Source of the DNA: the human T2T-CHM13v2.0 reference genome, Homo sapiens
Length of the DNA: 64,000 nt
Strand: one strand, 5' to 3'
Assembly (NCBI RefSeq): GCF_009914755.1
Contig: NC_060926.1
This document shows, one piece after another, positions 1-16,700 of this stretch (positions within the stretch are counted from its first letter, which is position 1; every line of letters starts with the position of its first letter). A model generated the notes under the pieces. The model saw nothing but the letters and a program-made list of their open reading frames with translations, had not been told where the DNA came from and did no database searches. The translations under genes and the position numbers were made by a program.

Positions 1-3000
1 CCAGCCCATCATTAAGAATAATTAATTTAGTGCATGCAACTCTTAATCCCTCCATTGCTTACTGGAGAAACTCAGCTTGGGAATATAAATATCACAACCT
101 TTATTTTTTATTTTTTTTGGCCTATAAAGACATACAAAAATAAGGTGGAAGCTGCCCCTCTCATCTACCATATTGTGATAACAAACTGCCTTCTGTATCT
201 GCATTGTATAATTAGCTGCTAATTACTCAGTTTACATTTAAATTCCTCTGTTGAAAGGTATAAAATGCATATGACTTTTAAAACACATGAAAGTAAAACT
301 TAGGAAATGGTACAGATTATTAAATTTCAATTGTGTTCTGAAAGCCAAAAAAGTGTACATCAGTAAACTGAATTCCTTCCTTGGTTCCTTCCCTTCACAC
401 AGGATCAACATAGGCACTGTCCAAATTGGTGAATTTAGATATGCATTTTTTCCACAAAGGAGAACAATTAAGTTTAAAATGTGTGTTCTAAGGATTAAAA
501 AACAAAAACAAACCAAAACACAATGCTGCTAGAAGATCGACATGCAGCCACTGCATCCATAAAGATTTCTTGGCGGAAGATGTATTTCAAAAAGAGGATT
601 TGCAAAGTCTTAAATACATAATCCCAGAAGAGTTCTGACTTCTTCTGATACTGGTCATGGGTATTTGTTTGTCAGACAGCTCCTGTGATGCTACAAGTGG
701 GCTACACTGAAAAGGCTACTTGGAGAATACATTTTGGAAAACGTGGCAACTCTACTTGTGATCTAATCTGTTTGGTGCATGGCCCCCTCTTGCAGCAGCA
801 ACACACTTGTCAGCTTGTCAACTACATGCTCCCTCTTCCATTCTTCTCTTTAATTATAGGTAGGGGTGATCAGGGAGGTTGGAGGAGGAGGTAATTACCA
901 CAAGACTATGAGGATCAACAAGGGGTATAATCAGCCTAGATAACAAGGCAAGAGATATAACTTGCAGGGCAGTGGGGCTTTCTACCCAGGCAAGTGACTG
1001 CTGGAATCACACAGCTTCTAATAAGCAGCTGCAGCACCACCTGCATATACAGGAATACAGTTCTTTGCTGGAACACTAAGTCACTGAAAACCCAAACATG
1101 GAGAGAGAAGCAGTTCTGTCCAGGAGACACACCTGAATCATAATCACAACCACTAAATCTAGATTACCTGACAAGAATATCATGTCCCTATTAAATACCA
1201 ACAACTAACCCAAAAGGATGTTCAATGTGGCTAACAAGTGCTCATTGTGGGCCACTGTTGGGTCACACAAATATAATTTAGTACACGATTCCTTTTAATA
1301 AAGCCATAGCAATTTGCCAGCATTTATAGCTCAAGATGAGGCCTAGTGCTAAGATACTACAAATACTGGCTGCCAGAAAATGGTATGCTAATCTTTTCCT
1401 GCCTTTGGTTCTGTTTTGTATCTTTATTTTCCCTTTGTCCTCATTTTGTCATTAGGGATGAGAGCAAAATATCCCAGGGAATTATGGATACAAAATTACC
1501 TCAAATCCTTTTTTTGGTTGTTGTTTTAAAGAAAACAGAAGATGAATGTCGAGGTAGGTAAATTAAAATAGAAATATTGTTCAATGGTTTTCAAATGCTT
1601 TTAAGTTGTTAAATGCTTTTTGCAAATTCATCATTATGCAGAAGCCCCTAAAACAAAAGCAGAGCTGCCCGAAAGCCCTGGCCATGGAGCCCCACAAAAA
1701 GGCTCCCTTAAGGCACCTGAAATTTGTAGTTTCACTGATCGTCATCCAGAAATGACTCCCCTAACCCAACTTCCCATGTTTTTGAACCAAAAATAACATA
1801 CCATCCATGCAGTTCATCACATATATTTTTACTAAAAGCTGTACCACATGAACACACTAACTACAAGCTAATGAAAGGCACTGCTTTTATTAAAGTCTTT
1901 AGTCCTAACCCAAGAAAATGCAATAATGATATTTATACTGTTTCAAAAGAATGCTGAGGAATATCTATAGAACCAGAAACTACATATTTTAAAGGTGCAT
2001 TACTATTTTGCCATTTGGACTCTGGAGCCAATCTCTGAAGACTAATCTTGAGATAGCTTGCATGGAATAGTAGTGGAGAGGGGAGATGAGACAGGGAAAT
2101 GTACCCCTTCAATGTCTTCCCACCACTATCCAGATAATCTTGTTCATAATCAAATAAGATACTAGTTAGTACAAGAGGACAACTCTGGTTGAAATTAATG
2201 AGCACATTTGGGGCTTTTCCATCTTTATTTTCTCCATTCACAATCTGCCGTGGAGGAGAAGCGAGAAGCAGCAAACAGTGACAATAGCCGTAGACCTAGA
2301 GAAAGGACAACCAAGCTCCCGCTGGTTACTCCTGTGCCTTGGGGCAGCAGCCACTGCTCTTCCTACCTCTGCCCTTCCCCGTTTCTACTACTCAGACTGG
2401 GGGTGTCCCTCTTTCCATGAAAACAAGAAGAAAATCTGGAGAACAGCAGCCAAGTGGTGGGGGCAGCTTATAGGTCACCTCCCAAAAGCAAAAGATGCAA
2501 CGGCAGGAGCTGCAAAATCCAGCCCTCGGAAACCATGAGCACTAGGAGGAGGGTGTGGAGAGGTTGCCAACCCATTATTGCTACTGCAGCCATCCCTGCA
2601 AGCCGTCTAAAAGAGAAACTTAGGAAAATGATTATGGAACTTGCAAATACCTACCACATAAAAGTAAAGCTAACAAAAATCAGGAAATAGGCACTTTGTA
2701 CCATCTTCCTAGAGAGCCAATCAGCAGCATATAAAACAAGCTGTAAAAAACATTTACAAATTTTGACCCAGGAACCCCCAGTTCCTGGGAATTTTTTCTG
2801 AGAACTCAAAAGAAAGAAGCAATGTGTGCAAAATCTTTTTCAAGCAGTATGGTTATAGTTACACTATCATTCCACGGACTGCTACATAATCTTCAAAAAT
2901 ATTTGTGATGTGTACAAACACATGAAATGTTTATGAGCTTAAAACTGAAAAAAGGGACATAAATTATATATACAACATGATTATGTCTACATACAAATAT

Positions 3001-3492
3001 GTTCATGTATTGGGAAAATGTGAGAGGCCATGGAGAAATGTATATAGCTCATATTTAAATAAAGGAGTTATAAAGATCCCTTTGCTAGAATTGGTTTCAT
3101 TAATTATGTTCATTAATTATTGCCATTAAAAAGAAGAAAAGAATGAGAGGAATTAAAGAATTGCAATAAAGAAGTTCATTGTCCAAAAGCCTACTTACTT
3201 CAGAGTATCCAATACCTATGGTAAGGAGCAACCATATCAATTCATTTTTTGGGCATTCTCTCATCATCCCAAAGGGTCCACTTACAACTGAAAGCTTTTG
3301 ACTCTGCATTCTCTGTACTCATTAGTGATGGACTCCTTTGATAAGAGCTTAAACAAGTTCAGGTGCTCCAACATTAGTCATACAGAATAGAGACCACATC
3401 TCATAAGTTTAATAAGGAAACAACAGGTAACAAAAAGCAGATTTTCCAAGTTCCATCTTTTACTTCAAAAACAAAACTAACATTGCATATTA

Positions 3493-4131
<639 letters not shown>

Positions 4132-5313
4132 TAGCACTTCACCTAATATATGATAGGTTTTCCCGAAGGATAAGTAGTCCTTTCTTATACACAGAGTTTC
4201 CAAATAAAATATATAATGAAAGAAGCTGAGCAGACAAAGTTGAAGGTGTAAATCAGAAAGCCCAAGAAGCAGATATGATCTCAAGGAAAGCAGTAGAGAG
4301 AATAGCAGGTGGAACAGAAAAGGGTGGGGGGGGTCCTTTCAACTTCAAGAACTGGGTATAATTTACATATTTTGCTATTCTCACTAAGTATCTGTCAAAT
4401 GATTCACTTTAGTTGCCATACCAACTAAGGAACTCTAATTAGGAACAAACAAACTAGGAATAAGGAACAAACAACTCTAATGTGATTTGTAACGAAAAGA
4501 CTCCAATGACCATGTGGATCATTAAATTGGTAAGCGCAGGCAGCAACGGGCTGCCTGGATGGAGGTTTCCTTTTAGGCAGGTGAGGAGCAAAACTATATC
4601 AACACCTACTTATCATTTCTTAATGTGAATCACTCACAAATCAGAAAAGAAAACAAATAAAGCTTTCATTGAAAACATAAAACCAGTGCCCCAAGTCAAT
4701 GTCTACAAATGAAGGTGTTGGCAAAAAGATTCCCAGTTAGTTCATTGATAAGGTTTTCCTTCTTACTCTCAGCATAAGCCAAGAAGCAGGTATCAGGCAT
4801 AGATTATCTGTAATAAACAATATTGTGCCGATGGGTGATAAAGGTAGAGTTGCAGTAATATTGACTTAATATTCCCCAAAGCTCATCCTTTCCCAAACAT
4901 TTTGGCTGGCCTACTAAAGCAATACATTGATTTGTGTGAATTTCATCTTCTTTCACTTCTTCTGAGCACCACTGTGAAGTACTGTTGATCGGCAAAATTA
5001 CCAAAAGCTGAGCATCCAACGGAAGAAATTTAGAACCCTTAAAAACCACAAAAGGGATAATCAACAAGAAAATGAGTGTAGATGAAGCAGAGTTTCATAT
5101 CTCCCTAACCATTTTCTCTCTTGCGGTTCTTTTTGCTCCTTATTCATTCATTCTTTTTCGAGAAGAATAATTCTGAAAATTAAACTAATGTGTTATTTTT
5201 TCCATAATGTATGATCCTGCTTCTAAACCCTGTTCACAGACCTAAGGAAAGAAAAATAAAAAATCAACCCAAGACTAACAAACGTATATCCCAACTCTCA
5301 GATGCCAAGCCTT

Positions 5314-5456
5314 CTTTTTGTTCTTTTCTTTTCTTTAGTTCAAGACAGAGTTTCACTATATTGCCCAGGCTGGTCTCTAACCCCTGGTCTCAAGTGATCT
5401 TCCCCCTTGGGCTCCCAAAGTGCTGGGACTGCAGGCATGAGCCACCATGCATGGCC
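5314..5456 (-). mobile_element. Alu left monomer (FLAM-like)
   Basis: Single Alu arm with a T-rich tail. Confidence 0.85.
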
Positions 5457-6714
5457 AAGGCTTGTTTTTCAATGTAGACGTGCTGTTTAGTAAGGGCATG
5501 CTTTGTTGAAACATACAAATGAGCATATTGCTTAAATAAGCAAGTATGTAGACCAATAATGACAACTTGTTTTAAATAGTGTTCTTTACTGTGTTATTAT
5601 ATCATGATACACTGTCACATGACATGGTTGAGTTTAAAGGACTATTTTGGCATATGCTCCATTCCTCTCTCAAAATTCTAAAAGCCATTTAAACAGTAAT
5701 TTATACCAGATATTCCTATTATTGCCCTTGGTAATTAGTTATGTTAGCAGCTCTGAGGAATGAAGTTCTAACTAACCTATTTTAGAATCTTGCTTTGCTA
5801 AAGCTTTGTCAGGATTCATCCTCACATCTTCTTGCTACTAACTCAATAAACTCATTTAATTTTCCTTAAAGCTTGAAATAGACTTCTAAGTATATATCTA
5901 ACAAAAAAAAATTGTATTTCTCTACTTTTTGAAATGAAATGTCCTTATACTGCATTCTCTTTCCCCAGTTCCACTGTACCACAGTTTAAACAGTAGGTAA
6001 ATGGAAGCTACAGAAGGTTACTTCCCCCTTTTACATACCAAAAAGTGGCCCAGTGATGGATGGGGCAGGCAGTAGAATGGGATGTTTCCCAGCCCATATC
6101 AGGCACTACCAAATGTCTGTGACAACCTGCCACAGGTGGGTCCTGCAATTGTCCAGGTGTAGCATCTGTGCTACCCAGATGGTCACTGGTGAGGGGAAGT
6201 CTTCTCCAGCATAAGGGGAGCTGCAGGGCAAGTGTAACTGCAGAACTATCAGACACTTTGAAGCTTGCTGTCTAGCAGAACAAGACTTACTGCAAAATGA
6301 TTTCAAATACACATGGGCAATGGCATTAAGTAACACTGAATCACATTAGAAAGTTATTACTTTGATTGTCTTTCAATTAATCGGATTGTGACAAGGAGTC
6401 TCAAATTGGTATTGGCATGTCTCTTGCACTCACTTAACACCCACAAATCTCAAATTTTTCAGAGTAGGCATCAGACTCAGCATAATATCCATGCAGAATG
6501 TTATTATTTTTTCTTTTGCACTTTATGATAACCTTCTATTTAGAGCAAGTGATACCCTTTCCCCACTTAAAGTTCAAAGCGTCTTTAAAATGAACACTTG
6601 GTAAGCAATTTTAAAAGGTAAATAGAAGGAGATAGTCATTTTTTAATGTGATTTTATCATTTAAAAATATGCAAAAGAATAATTTTTTAATGTATAAATA
6701 CAATAGTTTCTAAC

Positions 6715-7047
6715 ACTGTGCAGTCCAACGGGTTAATCACTAGCCACACATTGCCATGAGCAAGTAAACTGTGGCTGGTGTGAATTGATATATGCTATAG
6801 GTGAAAAATACACACAAGATTTTGAAAATTTACTTCAAAAGCAAAAAGAATGTAAAATTTACATTAATAATTTTTTAATCGATTATACGTTGAAATGACA
6901 AAGATGGTATGTATTTGGTTGAATATCTGTTAAAATTAAATCTACTTTTACGAAACTTTTTGGGTTTTTTCATGTGTTTGTTTTTAAGGTGGCTACTTGA
7001 AAATTTTAAATTACATGTGATGCACATGTTTCTATTGGACAACACCG
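6715..7047. mobile_element. hAT-Charlie MITE (MER33-like)
   Basis: Degenerate TIRs (..gtccaa.. / ..ttctattggacaacaccg) around an AT-rich body of about 330 bp. Confidence 0.65.
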
Positions 7048-7487
7048 GTTTAACCAAATGACTGCACTCCACAAGAGGGCACCACAGGAGCATACAAAAT
7101 TTAAAAGCTGCTTTTTTGGATGTCAAGTTTTTAAGCCTTAAATTACAGGATGCTGAAATAATCTAGAAAGGAAATTAATATTTAATATTCAGCAAAAGGT
7201 GCCTTTTTAAAAGAGCACTTTTATGGCTAAAAATAGAGTAACTGAAGACCACAAATTCCAACCCTCCAAAACTGTAGGCAACCATTCTCTGTCTCTTTTG
7301 CTTTACCCCTCAGAGAAAAGTAACTAACTACCAACACTACTAAAATAAATCCCATCCCTTATTTAAATGTCTATCTAAAATGGCTGTTCTGATATGGGAA
7401 GACTACACAGGTGCCAGCATGTGCTTGTTTAGGACATAAGTAACCAACAGCATGTGTGTACACTGTTCAGTCACTCATTACTGGTTA

Positions 7488-7802
<315 letters not shown>

Positions 7803-9748
7803 TTAGTTGTAAGGATCACTGCTTACTTATTATTAGCATAACCAATATCCTAACAAGTAGCTCCTGATCCTGACCACACAGTCTCACAACTCACGAAGTA
7901 TTAAAACTAAAACACTTCCTAATGCCTGGCCAATGGCCCAGACATTTTAACCATCATTCAATTAGACACAACTGGAATTTGAAAAAATTCCACTGAGAAT
8001 CAATTGCATTAATGTATGAATGTGAGAGTGCTTTTAAAATATAAAGTACTGTACAAATCTTTGATATTACTCTCATTAACTTGGATTTGGTATGTTTCGC
8101 CATCAAGCCCTTACAGACACTGTACTATCCTTAAGAGAAAGGGCTACCTGAGCTAAAACCAAATTACCCATCTGTGGTCTCTGTCTTTAATATATCCTGG
8201 GTGTCTACTGCTGGTTTCTCACTGATTTTTTTACATCACAATTTCTGCCTAGGAACCCATTCATTCCTCTCTTCATTTACTCGCTTATTCAGACATTCAT
8301 TCACTGATTCACTCCCTGGGTTCAGACCTCTCCATGACATTATGTCATCAGGCCCTGTTCTTCCCTACAGAGGCCTTACCCATTTCCATATTACTGGTCT
8401 CTTCAGCCATCCAATCACAAGCTTAACTTCCTTTACGTATTTGTTTAACTTTCCAAGCCCAACTAATCAACAGCTTGGCATACATCATACTCCATGGCAT
8501 ATGTCATTTGCATGAGAAAGTGTAAAACTAACAAAATGCAACGCTGAATTATAAATACTGTGGCCACGCTAATCAGATTAGAATGTCCTTAAATTCAAAA
8601 AAAAAAATCTTCTATTAAAACTCAAGGTCTAGCAGAGTGATCTGCAGATTAGAAACTTCACAGTTGGTATAATAATGTTTGTATGAATTCAGACATTTGT
8701 TTATGTCCATCCACCCAATTAATAAAAATTTAACTCACAAAGTATAACAGTAAATTTTATTCCATCAAGGACCCTTTTAGTTTTAACCATGTAAATACTT
8801 GATCTCTTTTAAAACCCTCTTTGATTATTCAATCCTATTTGCTTGTCAGAATTTAACCTTTTCCATATGCCTTAAAGTCATCACCATAACTTCAAAATTA
8901 CTAGAACATGATCTTGCATCAGCTTTTTTGTTCTTCTGCCTCCTTTCTTGCTGGCTGACATTTCTAGTTTTGGATGCTCGTCGTTACCTCTCCTCCACTT
9001 TTTGGTTTGTTTCTTTTTTCTGAGTGCAAAATTAAATAACTAAACCTATTAAAAATGTACTATATGGTAAGAGAATAAATTTGGCTTAGAATGAGTTTAC
9101 ATAAATGTTTGCAGAGACTTTAAGATTGCAATTTAGGGCTCATTTAATAGGGAAACAGTTTCAGAGCTGGACTGGTTTCCTTAGCATATGCAATCTGTAC
9201 TGATGGTAGAGAGAAGATTCCACAAAAACTACAGGGTTTGTGTGAAATCTCATCCTGCTTCAAGTTTCAGTGATAGGGTCACTGGGCATCAGATATGGGA
9301 GAAGAGGTCAGTGAGCCTTCTTTTATCTCCTTCCTCATAAAACAGGAAAGGCATTCCACTCAGTCACCAGTCCGTTCTGTTTTCCTCCCTACACACTTGA
9401 CACAGAGATGAGTATTTACTAGCAGAATTGTTCCAGAAATTATGAATGACATCATGGGTCAGTAACATAAAAAGGTATTGGGAGCTGTTCACCTGAGTCA
9501 CAGCAACCAAGAGAAAGCTAACTGGTCAGCTAAGCTGTCCCCAAGATGGACATCACCTTGCTTACATTCCCCAAAATGCCCATCCTTCTTTTAGATGCCA
9601 AAAGGCTGTTCCTTTCTCTTCTTCACCCAGGGTGACCTTCCTTGTAGCTCTTCGCCTCTGATTCAAAATGTAGGTGGAATGCCTCATAGCTACTTAGATC
9701 TTTAACCCACACGGACCCAGGACAACACTAACAAAACCCCTTGATCTA

Positions 9749-10093
<345 letters not shown>

Positions 10094-10564
10094 TCACCTT
10101 CATTGAGGGAATGACCATTCCAAACACCTCTATCAACAGAAAGTCAAGCTAAGCATCACCATCAACCATGAGGTCCACATTCTGTCACCTTGTCACCTAA
10201 CCAACCAACAAATAATAATTGCCTCTCAACATAGCGATTCATTTATATAAGCTGTGCACCCTTTTAGATCATATTAGGACAAAGACTGGCTATCATCTGT
10301 CCACAGACTTCTGAAAATGAGCTTCTCCCCCTGTGGTGTTCATATAACCTTCAGCGTGATTGGCTCTCAGATCCCAATTACTGCATCAAAATAAAATGTT
10401 TTACTGGAACATAATGTTTATCACCTTTATTCTATTCCAAAAAAAAAGCTCCTAAATATATGGCAGCTATTAATACTAATTTTTGCTAGCTCTGTACAAA
10501 TCCCCATCAACTCGTAAAACAAGGAATGCTGACATTCTTGCAGGTACATGGCAGAAATATACTA

Positions 10565-10798
10565 CAAACTGAGTATCCCTTACTCGAAATGTTTGAGACC
10601 AGAAAAGTTTCAAATTTAAAAATTTTTCTGGATTGGGGAATAGTTGTATTTATCCTGGCTGAGCATCTCAAATCCAAAAATCCAGAATTCAAAATGCTCC
10701 AATGAGCATTTCTATTGAGCATTGGGTCAATGCTAAAAAAGGTTTGGATTCCAGAGCAGTTCAAGTATCAGGTTTTGGGATTTGAGATGTTCAACCTG
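10565..10798. mobile_element. Tc1/mariner MITE (Tigger4a/Zombi-like)
   Basis: TIRs caaactgagtatccc ... gagatgttcaacctg, TA on both flanks, internal AAATCC(A/G)A repeats, 234 bp. Confidence 0.8.
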
Positions 10799-13700
10799 TA
10801 ATATAATAAGAGTTTGCAAGGCTGTACAATCTATAATTACAATCCATGGTACCAATATTTCCAGCTAGATGCCTAGACTAACTTTTTCACTAGTGGTAAC
10901 ACTAAAGTTTACATAGATTATAGTGGGAATTAACACCTGCTTAAGAATTTTTGGCTGGCAGGAAAAAAATGGTGCCAAATATGGAGAATGAGGGCACAAG
11001 GAGACCAAGAGAACCGAATAATGTTTGAACAGTAAGGTGACAGGTGGGACCACTGGAAGAATACACACCTAGGGAGTTCAAGGTGCAATGGAAAGAGGCA
11101 GAAACGGATGATCAGGGAAGCACATCTAATCACTCTGCTTAATTGTCTCTTTCTGAGAATACTTATTTGCATCTGCATTTTCACATTACCCTTTTCTCTT
11201 CCCTTGTCAGTATGATTAGTTTAGACTTGCTGGTCCCACAGTTTCTACTAGTGGGGAAGGAAACAGAGGATAAAATGTAAACAGCCAAGTCCTAGAGGCC
11301 ACTGATTAGTTAGCTGAGGCCACTTTTGCCGAAGCACTGTTCATATTAGGAAATTCAGCTTTCCGAGCTCCCTCCAAAGGTCTATGGCACATAGAGGCTG
11401 CCTTCTAATCCCTGAACCCTCAGTAGTGGGTCTAGGAGATAAATGCTTCTTTCTTAAAATAACAGGTCGGGTGGCTGTGCTTTCCAGAGGAGACCTTAAG
11501 GTAAGGTCTTTGAAAATGTCAAGTTCATTTACACAGATTTGTGTGGGTGTGTGTAGAGATGTGGGTTATCTCAAAAAGAGAAAAGCATTCTTAATCTTTC
11601 TTCTTCCCTCTTCAAAGAAGTGGAAAAATAGTTCACTGCCCACTGTAATGTGGGTGCCTCGTCCCACAGAGTAAGTGCATGCAGACACACAGACACAGCC
11701 TTCTATTTATAATTGACTTGCTAGTTCCTTTGAAAACCACAAGGGGCTCATCCAAGAGCAAAGACATGCCTGAAAGCAGAAAATCCAAAATAGCCGCTGA
11801 CAGTCTATGTATGTCACCAGTCTCACCCCTGAGAATCAAGAGCCCTCAAACATTCTTAATGAGCAAAAGTTTTAATGAGCAAAGAGATAGTCTTTATGTT
11901 CCTTGCCTGGAGAAATCCGAAGGAAATTCCAGCACCAATCTATTTCTATGAGGACGAGAAACATGTATATCTGTTGACATAATCCAGCAAAAAGTTTACA
12001 CTTGCCAAAAGAGAGCTGAAGGATAATATTTCCAGGGAGTCTAGACATGCTTGCCACTCTTGAATGGCACAAAGCAGGCTGAGGGCTGCCAACTATGCTG
12101 CCCAACAGGTGATGATTCTTTGGAGGGAAGTGGATGGGTGGAGTGAGGGGGAGAGTTCATGGCGTCAGACTAATTTGCTTGTGATCTATGGCAGAGAATT
12201 GAAAAGACTATGCTTAAACCTGAAATAATGCAATTTATGTAAATTTGAAACACAAACATGTATTTTAACATCCCGAGTACTTTTAAAAGATCATAGATAC
12301 CCCAGGATATATACCTAACCCATTGAAGAGTATGTGCCTGTTGACACTGGTTTGGGGATAAGGGGTTAGCGCTGGGATGAAGGAGCAAAATAAAAATAAA
12401 GTAGGAGAGAGCTGTTCATGGACTGACAATGAATTGACGAGTATGATTTACTCAGCTCGCTGAACGTATGGGCTGCTAAGAATAACAATAAACCAGCAAC
12501 GCTAGACTAGAAGAGAGCCTGCTCATCATTGGTCCTAAATGGTCCTAAACGGACAGTCCAGGGAACCAAAGGATTAAGGACACCCATGCTTGTAATTTAA
12601 AAATGCCAAATTTTAAAAAAATAAAGTAACAACAACAATCATTTCTCTAATGTGCTCTCAAAATAAACTGTTTTTAAAGTTCCATCCCAAACTAAATTCT
12701 AAGTACACAGATGCAGGAAGGGGCACTGCTTTTCCAAGGTCTCTAGTTTTTGACAGGCTGTGCAGGGAGCCTGGCAGACGTTTGGACTATAACCTAAAGA
12801 GTTTGCCAGACGTGACAGCCTCAAGTAAATATCACCTTCAGTAAAATTTAACTCATTATACCTAACTCTGTGGTGTACCTAGGCTTTAATCCTGCAGGGT
12901 CACAAACTAAATCAAAGAGATTCATCTGTTTATTAAGCACTCTCCTTAAATTCTTTATATACTTCCTGTAGTTGTATGTGGACAACCAGGGATTAACTGC
13001 CTGTAAGTTGGTGATTCTTTTCAGTAAGATGTGAAATACCAGGGTTTTCATAACCTACCCTCCACAACTGGGGAAAAAGGCAAGGAAAGACAACTGTTAA
13101 TGATACGTAATAATTAACTCAATCTCTGATATGAAAGAACCCTGAGCTGAGTCTAACAGCTAACAGGGAAGTACAAAACCTTCACTAACTTCTCTTTCCT
13201 ATTCTGTTCCTCATCCACTGTGAAATCTTCTTACTTTGTATATTCCCATATAACTAATTAGCAAAGTCCTTCATCATGTATTTATTTTTTATATATACCC
13301 AAATATAAATGAAGACCCTAAATTCATAAGAATGACAGGATGACCACACAGGTGCACACACATGCATGCACACACTCACATTCGCTACGTGCCACCTTGG
13401 CAATTTCATCTGACAGAGTGGAGTAGATGGAAGTATTTTCTGAACTAGAATTATGAAGTCAACAAAGAAGGTTTAAAGCAAGGTAGTAATAGCATTCTCG
13501 GATCTTAATATCCACAATTCTAAGGAAGACAGCGGGACTCCAAATGTCCATGACTCACTTTTTCAGTCTTGTCAAATTTAGGAATAAGCATAACATGTGT
13601 GGGCCTGTGATATTTTATTTGGTGTGGGAGTGGGGGTGGGGTTCGAGAATGATCACAAAACCCCTTTCAGGGCCACAGGTATGGGTGTGTGGACTCCTAA

Positions 13701-16700
13701 TCTTTCAGGCTGTGATATAAATACAGTACACATCAAGGAACACCAAGGAACAGATAATCAGATTCTGTGACTGATTTTCAACAGTACTGACAGGAAGCAC
13801 CGTATCTGATGTAAAGTATTTTACACTTGCCTGTGCGAATATCCAGGAAGTGCCCTGGCAGAAGGCAGAAAGTCTACTCCACCTAATTGACATTCATTTG
13901 AATAATTCAGTAATTTAAATGTCAAGCCAGAGGTATTCCCTCTCTGCAGAGCTCACCCACATTGTTTGTTCTAGAAGGCACCTCCCGGCATTACTCAGTG
14001 TTATGGCTGGCACTGCGTGCCCTTTGTATCACCAGAGCCAGAGCCGTGTGAAAACACTCGCAGCCTGGGCTGGCTGGGAACAGCAGGGAGTTCTGACCAC
14101 AAACAGGGACTGCTTCGGAACCGCCAGGGAGAATACGGGGCTGGCTCCACAAACCAGCGGTGCAGGCTGGGAATCCCAGGAGTTCACCATGGCCAGCTCT
14201 TTAAAAAGATTTTTCCTGCTCTCTATGATCCTCAGTTCACCACCTGGGCACACCTCCTCCGAGTCTAATGCCGGACTAGCAGAGAGAGAGGCAGACCAAA
14301 GAACATCGTGGACTTTTAAAAACTGTCCACAATTTGGTATAATCTTGTACTTCATGGTAAAAGTATTCACATTTATGTTTAAGTGGGACTTTAGCAATCA
14401 CAACACTGTGGACTTACCTATTCACGCCTGCCCAGTCATGCACTCTGCAATGCTTTAAGGCATTGAAACTGAGTATTACTCTAAATGGTGCACAAAAACC
14501 AACATTTCCCACTAATGTCTTTGACATAAAAGACAAATAAGAAAATGCTACAAGTAAACAAACCGGCCCATGGCCATGATTTGTCCTAGAGGGCAGCAAA
14601 AGGAACAGGCTGAATTTTTTACAAGTTCACCTCAAAGTAGTACAAATCATAATGCAGAAATTAGACTGTAATTATAAAAGTCCAATAGCTCAAAATTTGT
14701 ATAGCTAAAAAAGGAACTCAAGTATCCCTGGACTCCTTCCAACACTCTAAACAATTCATTCATTTGAAATGGCAAGCTTATATGAGGTTTATAGATTATA
14801 GGAGTCCTTCCATCGTCTCCTAATCCGGGAGCACAGTTTGGCACCTCTCCAGAATTGAAAGCATTTGAGATCTCTGGCATTAAACAAAGGCTTTAAGAAG
14901 GATTTTGCAATGCTAGGTATCACTGCCAGCAAGCCAGCTCCTAAGACAGAGACACAAAGGTCCGTCTGGAATGCCTAGTGAGGGGCATTTGATCCTCTGA
15001 CAAGAGGACAGGCTATACGTTCAGGGATAAAATACACCCAGTGCCTAAATAATCTCTCATTATAAAACACTCATTTAGGGAACTCAAATCATTTTTTTTC
15101 CTTATCCGAGAGACTGACACCTAGTTGTTGTAAAGCCAAGAAGAAAATGTATTTCAGCAGTTATGGGGGCAAATAGAGGCATTCAAAGAAGATTGCATAT
15201 AAATTGAATATCAACAACAAAAACTTCCATGATTTTGAACTCCAGATGTATTCTTCCGCCAATGTTCCCTGCCTCAGGAAATGGCATTCCCATTCATTCA
15301 GATACACAAGCCTGACTCTCTCGGGCTTCCATCACACTCAAAGTAGAGACCAGTCATTAACCTGGCCTACAACTGCTGGCTGACCTGATCCTTGCATGCT
15401 CTTCAGTCTCCTCTTCAGTTACTGGAAGTTCTTAAAAGACCTCTTCTTCCTGCTTAGGGATCTCAGGTCCTTTTAAGTATGGAATTCCTTCCACTTTGAA
15501 TGCTTATCTCCCTCCAGTCAACACCTCTCCACCTAGTCAGTGCCTTTCTACTGTGCAGATTTCACCTTACATGTTACTTCCTCAGAGAAGCCTTTGTTCA
15601 CACACCCAGATTTAAAGTAGGAACCCCCCTTTAGCTACAGCCATACTTGTGTCTGCATGGCTGTTGAATGTCACCTTTCCTATAGATTGTAAGCACCATG
15701 AGGGTGAGTTGCATCTATTAATACTTTGCTCACCGTTCATTACATACCCCACAACAGCGTCAGTGGTTGGCAGGAGTGCAAGCCTGACGAATATTTGCTT
15801 CAGAATGAATTTTCCCTTCACAGAAAGGATTTAGAGGTGGAAAGAGACCTGATGCTGGTTTTCAGAGCAGGCTGAGCCCATAAAGTCTTTAAATGTCAGC
15901 ACAGATCTTAAGGCAGGGCTTAGTCACCAAGCCGGCATGCCTGAGCAAACCATTTCTTCCTAGAAGAGCTTGCCATACCATCACATCTGTTCACCTACTT
16001 GGGCTCACGAATATAGAAGATTAATATTTTGTGGTGTGGTAGGTTTATTGTTTGCTTGTTAATTTGTTAAAAGAACAGGTAAAATACAAGTGTTCCTTAA
16101 AAAAATGAGGAACTATTTAATACATTAATAGAACAGCTGGGCTCTGTGGGTGGTCCTTCTCTGGATGGTTGATTTGAGGACTCTGGGCTATGGTGATTAG
16201 AATCATCAAAACACAACACATACCTGCAACTCGTCAGCTTGGAGGGGTCAGTGCAGGACTTGGCTGCCTAGTAGAGAAAAAGCTGCCCCTGCTCCTTGCT
16301 GTCATTTTTTCCCTGGTCTTTGCTGCCATATTTTATCCCTATCGGTGAAATAATGGCACCTTCAATAGGGAGTGGGGAAGAGAGAATTACATCATCTTCC
16401 CCTTCTTGCTCTGCTGAAGGTGATAAGGATTCCTAAGTCATCCTGCACTTGAACTGCTGAAGCTGAGAAAAAAAAAAAAGTGCCATCTGTTTATTTTGTG
16501 TCTGGGCTGACTCCTTGTCTCTGAAATAATCCCTGTAAATTAAGCCTATTGCAGCAGCCACACCTTCTATTTAGAAGCCAAAAAACTCAGCCTGTTTTCA
16601 AGTGACTAACAAATTAAAGAACACTGTGAGGTAATGACCTAAGACGATATTCGTCTGTCTTTTCCATGCCTTTTATGATTCTCTGAATGTTGCAAAGACT

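Noticed and set aside
1933-2690. Cluster of overlapping ORFs, possible processed pseudogene
   Set aside because: No recognisable protein similarity, poly(A) tail or TSD.
13919-14458. 179-aa plus-strand ORF overlapping ORFs in other frames
   Set aside because: No recognisable domain, no splice or poly(A) support and no pseudogene hallmarks. It is explained by a locally GC-richer segment. It would need PhyloCSF or Ribo-seq support to revive.
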